From NCBI GenBank assembly GCA_943353855.1, contig CALRBD010000001.1, positions 1 through 58,549 of the forward strand: a stretch of 58,549 nucleotides of DNA. The letters run 5' to 3'. How positions within the stretch are numbered: the first letter of the stretch is position 1; each line of letters starts with the position of its first letter. The notes under the pieces were generated by a model. That model did not search any database. It was not told the DNA's origin and saw only the letters and a list, made by a program, of their open reading frames with translations. The stretch is from an uncultured Candidatus Saccharimonas sp. (lineage in GTDB: Bacteria > Patescibacteriota > Saccharimonadia > Saccharimonadales > AWTP1-31). Of this stretch, positions 57,401-58,549 are shown in pieces. The position numbers and the translations under genes are program-made.

Positions 57401-57429
57401 TTGACAAACATACTTTACTTTGGTAAACT
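57401..57429 (+). promoter_or_regulatory. near-consensus promoter of the TrpR-like gene (leaderless configuration)
   Basis: TTGACA-17 nt-TAAACT; the last 3 nt of the spacer (TGg) form an extended -10. The -10 ends 6 nt before ATG 57436. Confidence 0.65.
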
Positions 57430-57435
57430 GTATTT

Positions 57436-57762
57436 ATGACGCAAGAATATAGTAAAGTTTGGAAAGATAAAAATGCACAGCAGCTCGTTGAGGCTTTGCT
57501 TTCTATTTCCGATAAACTTACTATGCAAAACTTTCTCCGAGACGTAATGACTGAAAAAGAGATCGTTGAAATAAGTGCAAGACTAGAAGCAGCTCGTATG
57601 CTTATGGACGGAAAGAAATACACAGAGATTGTAGATAAAACTAAACTTAGCAGCCGAACAGTTGCTCGTATCAGTGAATGGCTTAAAAACGGTTGTAATG
57701 GTTATGAAGCCGCATTAAAGTCTGTTCATCATACGCATATATCGCCAGCTCGTTCTGACTAG
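57436..57762 (+). CDS. TrpR-like (YerC/YecD family) DNA-binding protein
   Basis: 108 aa. FLRDVMTEKEIVEISARLEAARML..G..Y.EI...KLSSRTVARIS matches the YerC/YecD Trp-repressor-like HTH pattern. Confidence 0.7.
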   Translation: MTQEYSKVWKDKNAQQLVEALLSISDKLTMQNFLRDVMTEKEIVEISARLEAARMLMDGKKYTEIVDKTKLSSRTVARISEWLKNGCNGYEAALKSVHHTHISPARSD

Positions 57763-57780
57763 ATAGTTATCGCATTAGAT

Positions 57781-57816
57781 AAAAAAAGCCAGCACGACGC
57801 TGGCTATTTTAGTTTT
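57781..57816. terminator. bidirectional-looking intrinsic terminator after the TrpR-like gene
   Basis: A7 run, stem AGCCAGC-ACGAC-GCTGGCT, then TATTTTAGTTTT. Confidence 0.7.
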
Positions 57817-57843
57817 AAATTAATTAGTTTTAAAAGGAATAGA

Positions 57844-58506
57844 ATGAATAACAATAATTTCTACACACCACAAGAAATACCACGTCTCTACAATGAGATA
57901 GTCCCAACATATCAAGAAGCCTTTGCATCTGCACCTTGGAGTGAAGTTAGTAAATGTGAAGATGAAAAGATGCGTTGTATAGGCGGCTTCTCAGCTACGG
58001 CTATTGGAAGCCTATGTAATACCTGCGGATTATGTCCAGAGCTGCCCGCATACGAATCAGACGAGCTAACTGATCGTTTTAACGCTCTAGGTCTATCACG
58101 TCCCACAGCTTGGTACGCAGAGCAGAACGAGCAAGGATTAACTATGGCAGCAGTAGCATGGCAAGCAAAACCGAGCGATATAGCAAATGAAAAGTATAGT
58201 GACGATACTGAAATGGGCACTTGGATGAGCAACATGCTTGGCGATGGACCAGTTATGTGGCTGGATGAGGTATTTGCAAGCAGACAACTAAAGCCTAAAG
58301 GCAATCTACAGAACTTTGGAACGTTTGTAATAGGATTAGCTGCTAGGCTTGATTGCGAAACAATTGCCTATAGAACTATAGAACCCCGTATGACGGCAGT
58401 AGCTAAAAGGGATTTTGGTGTAGATTCAATTGTATCTATACGTAATGAGCAAGTTCCGGATTGGCGAGACTTCGTGATAATTAGCAACTTAAAGGAAGCT
58501 ATATGA
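57844..58506 (+). CDS. hypothetical protein, possibly GNAT-like, with a Cys cluster
   Basis: Cys pattern C-x6-C-x12-C-x2-C-x-C near the N-terminus. A C-terminal WLDEVFASRQLKPKGNLQNFG segment vaguely resembles the GNAT motif A region. AAGGA SD. Confidence 0.35.
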   Translation: MNNNNFYTPQEIPRLYNEIVPTYQEAFASAPWSEVSKCEDEKMRCIGGFSATAIGSLCNTCGLCPELPAYESDELTDRFNALGLSRPTAWYAEQNEQGLTMAAVAWQAKPSDIANEKYSDDTEMGTWMSNMLGDGPVMWLDEVFASRQLKPKGNLQNFGTFVIGLAARLDCETIAYRTIEPRMTAVAKRDFGVDSIVSIRNEQVPDWRDFVIISNLKEAI

Positions 58507-58549
58507 AAGTTCTAGTTATTGGCGGAATGCACGGTAATGAAACACTAGG
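58503..58549 (+). CDS. succinylglutamate desuccinylase/aspartoacylase (AstE/AspA, M14-like) family protein, N-terminal 15 codons only
   Basis: MKVLVIGGMHGNETLG carries the GG.HGNE zinc-ligand motif of this family. ATGA overlap with the upstream gene. Truncated by the window end. Confidence 0.5.
   Translation, partial: MKVLVIGGMHGNETL

Noticed and set aside
1-58549. Possible alternative genetic code (UGA as Gly, as in Gracilibacteria/Absconditabacteria), given the CPR-like look.
   Set aside because: TGA is used as the stop of pheS (3285-3287) and rsmD (56444-56446). All conserved proteins are full length under the standard code.
57249-58549. tRNA-Leu as an integration site for a genomic island covering the downstream TrpR-like, GNAT-like and AstE-like genes.
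   Set aside because: No integrase is present and there is no direct repeat of the tRNA 3' end downstream within the window. It cannot be excluded beyond the window edge.

Overview
AT-rich, very compact bacterial chromosomal segment: about 55 protein-coding genes plus one tRNA, with intergenic gaps mostly under 130 nt. It uses the standard genetic code, since TGA serves as a stop at pheS and rsmD and no long ORF is broken by it. Content is almost entirely housekeeping: pheST, tyrS, gatCAB, dnaE, uvrB, recG, radA, rmuC, rnhB, nusA, rplS, clpC, pepN, a class A PBP, an orphan PilB/GspE ATPase, a redox pair (NrdH-like redoxin, trxB), and a roughly 9 kb central-carbon cluster (ppa, gap, rpiB, rpe, split transketolase, class II fba, PfkB kinase). 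I saw no rRNA, CRISPR array, transposase, integrase, prophage or obvious defence island. The split transketolase, the orphan pilus ATPase, the many small membrane-anchored hypotheticals and the minimal spacers fit a reduced-genome lineage such as Patescibacteria/CPR (Saccharibacteria-like). That placement is an inference and I cannot confirm it without a database search. The strongest signals are regulatory and architectural. (1) About 18 genes have a -10 box ending 6-9 nt before the start codon with no SD, which suggests widespread leaderless mRNAs alongside a class of SD-led genes. (2) A CIRCE-like HrcA operator lies in front of clpC. (3) A promoter-proximal terminator hairpin lies in the nusA leader. 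(4) Convergent genes abut or overlap with no intrinsic terminators. Candidate undescribed gene modules are: a 413-aa orphan protein coupled to a LOG/TIGR00725-like protein next to the sugar-phosphate cluster; a 114-aa ORF coupled between gatA and gatB; an HExxH coiled-coil membrane protein between clpC and radA; and a Cys-rich GNAT-like/AstE-like pair after a TrpR-like regulator at the window edge. None of these can be assigned a function from the sequence alone.
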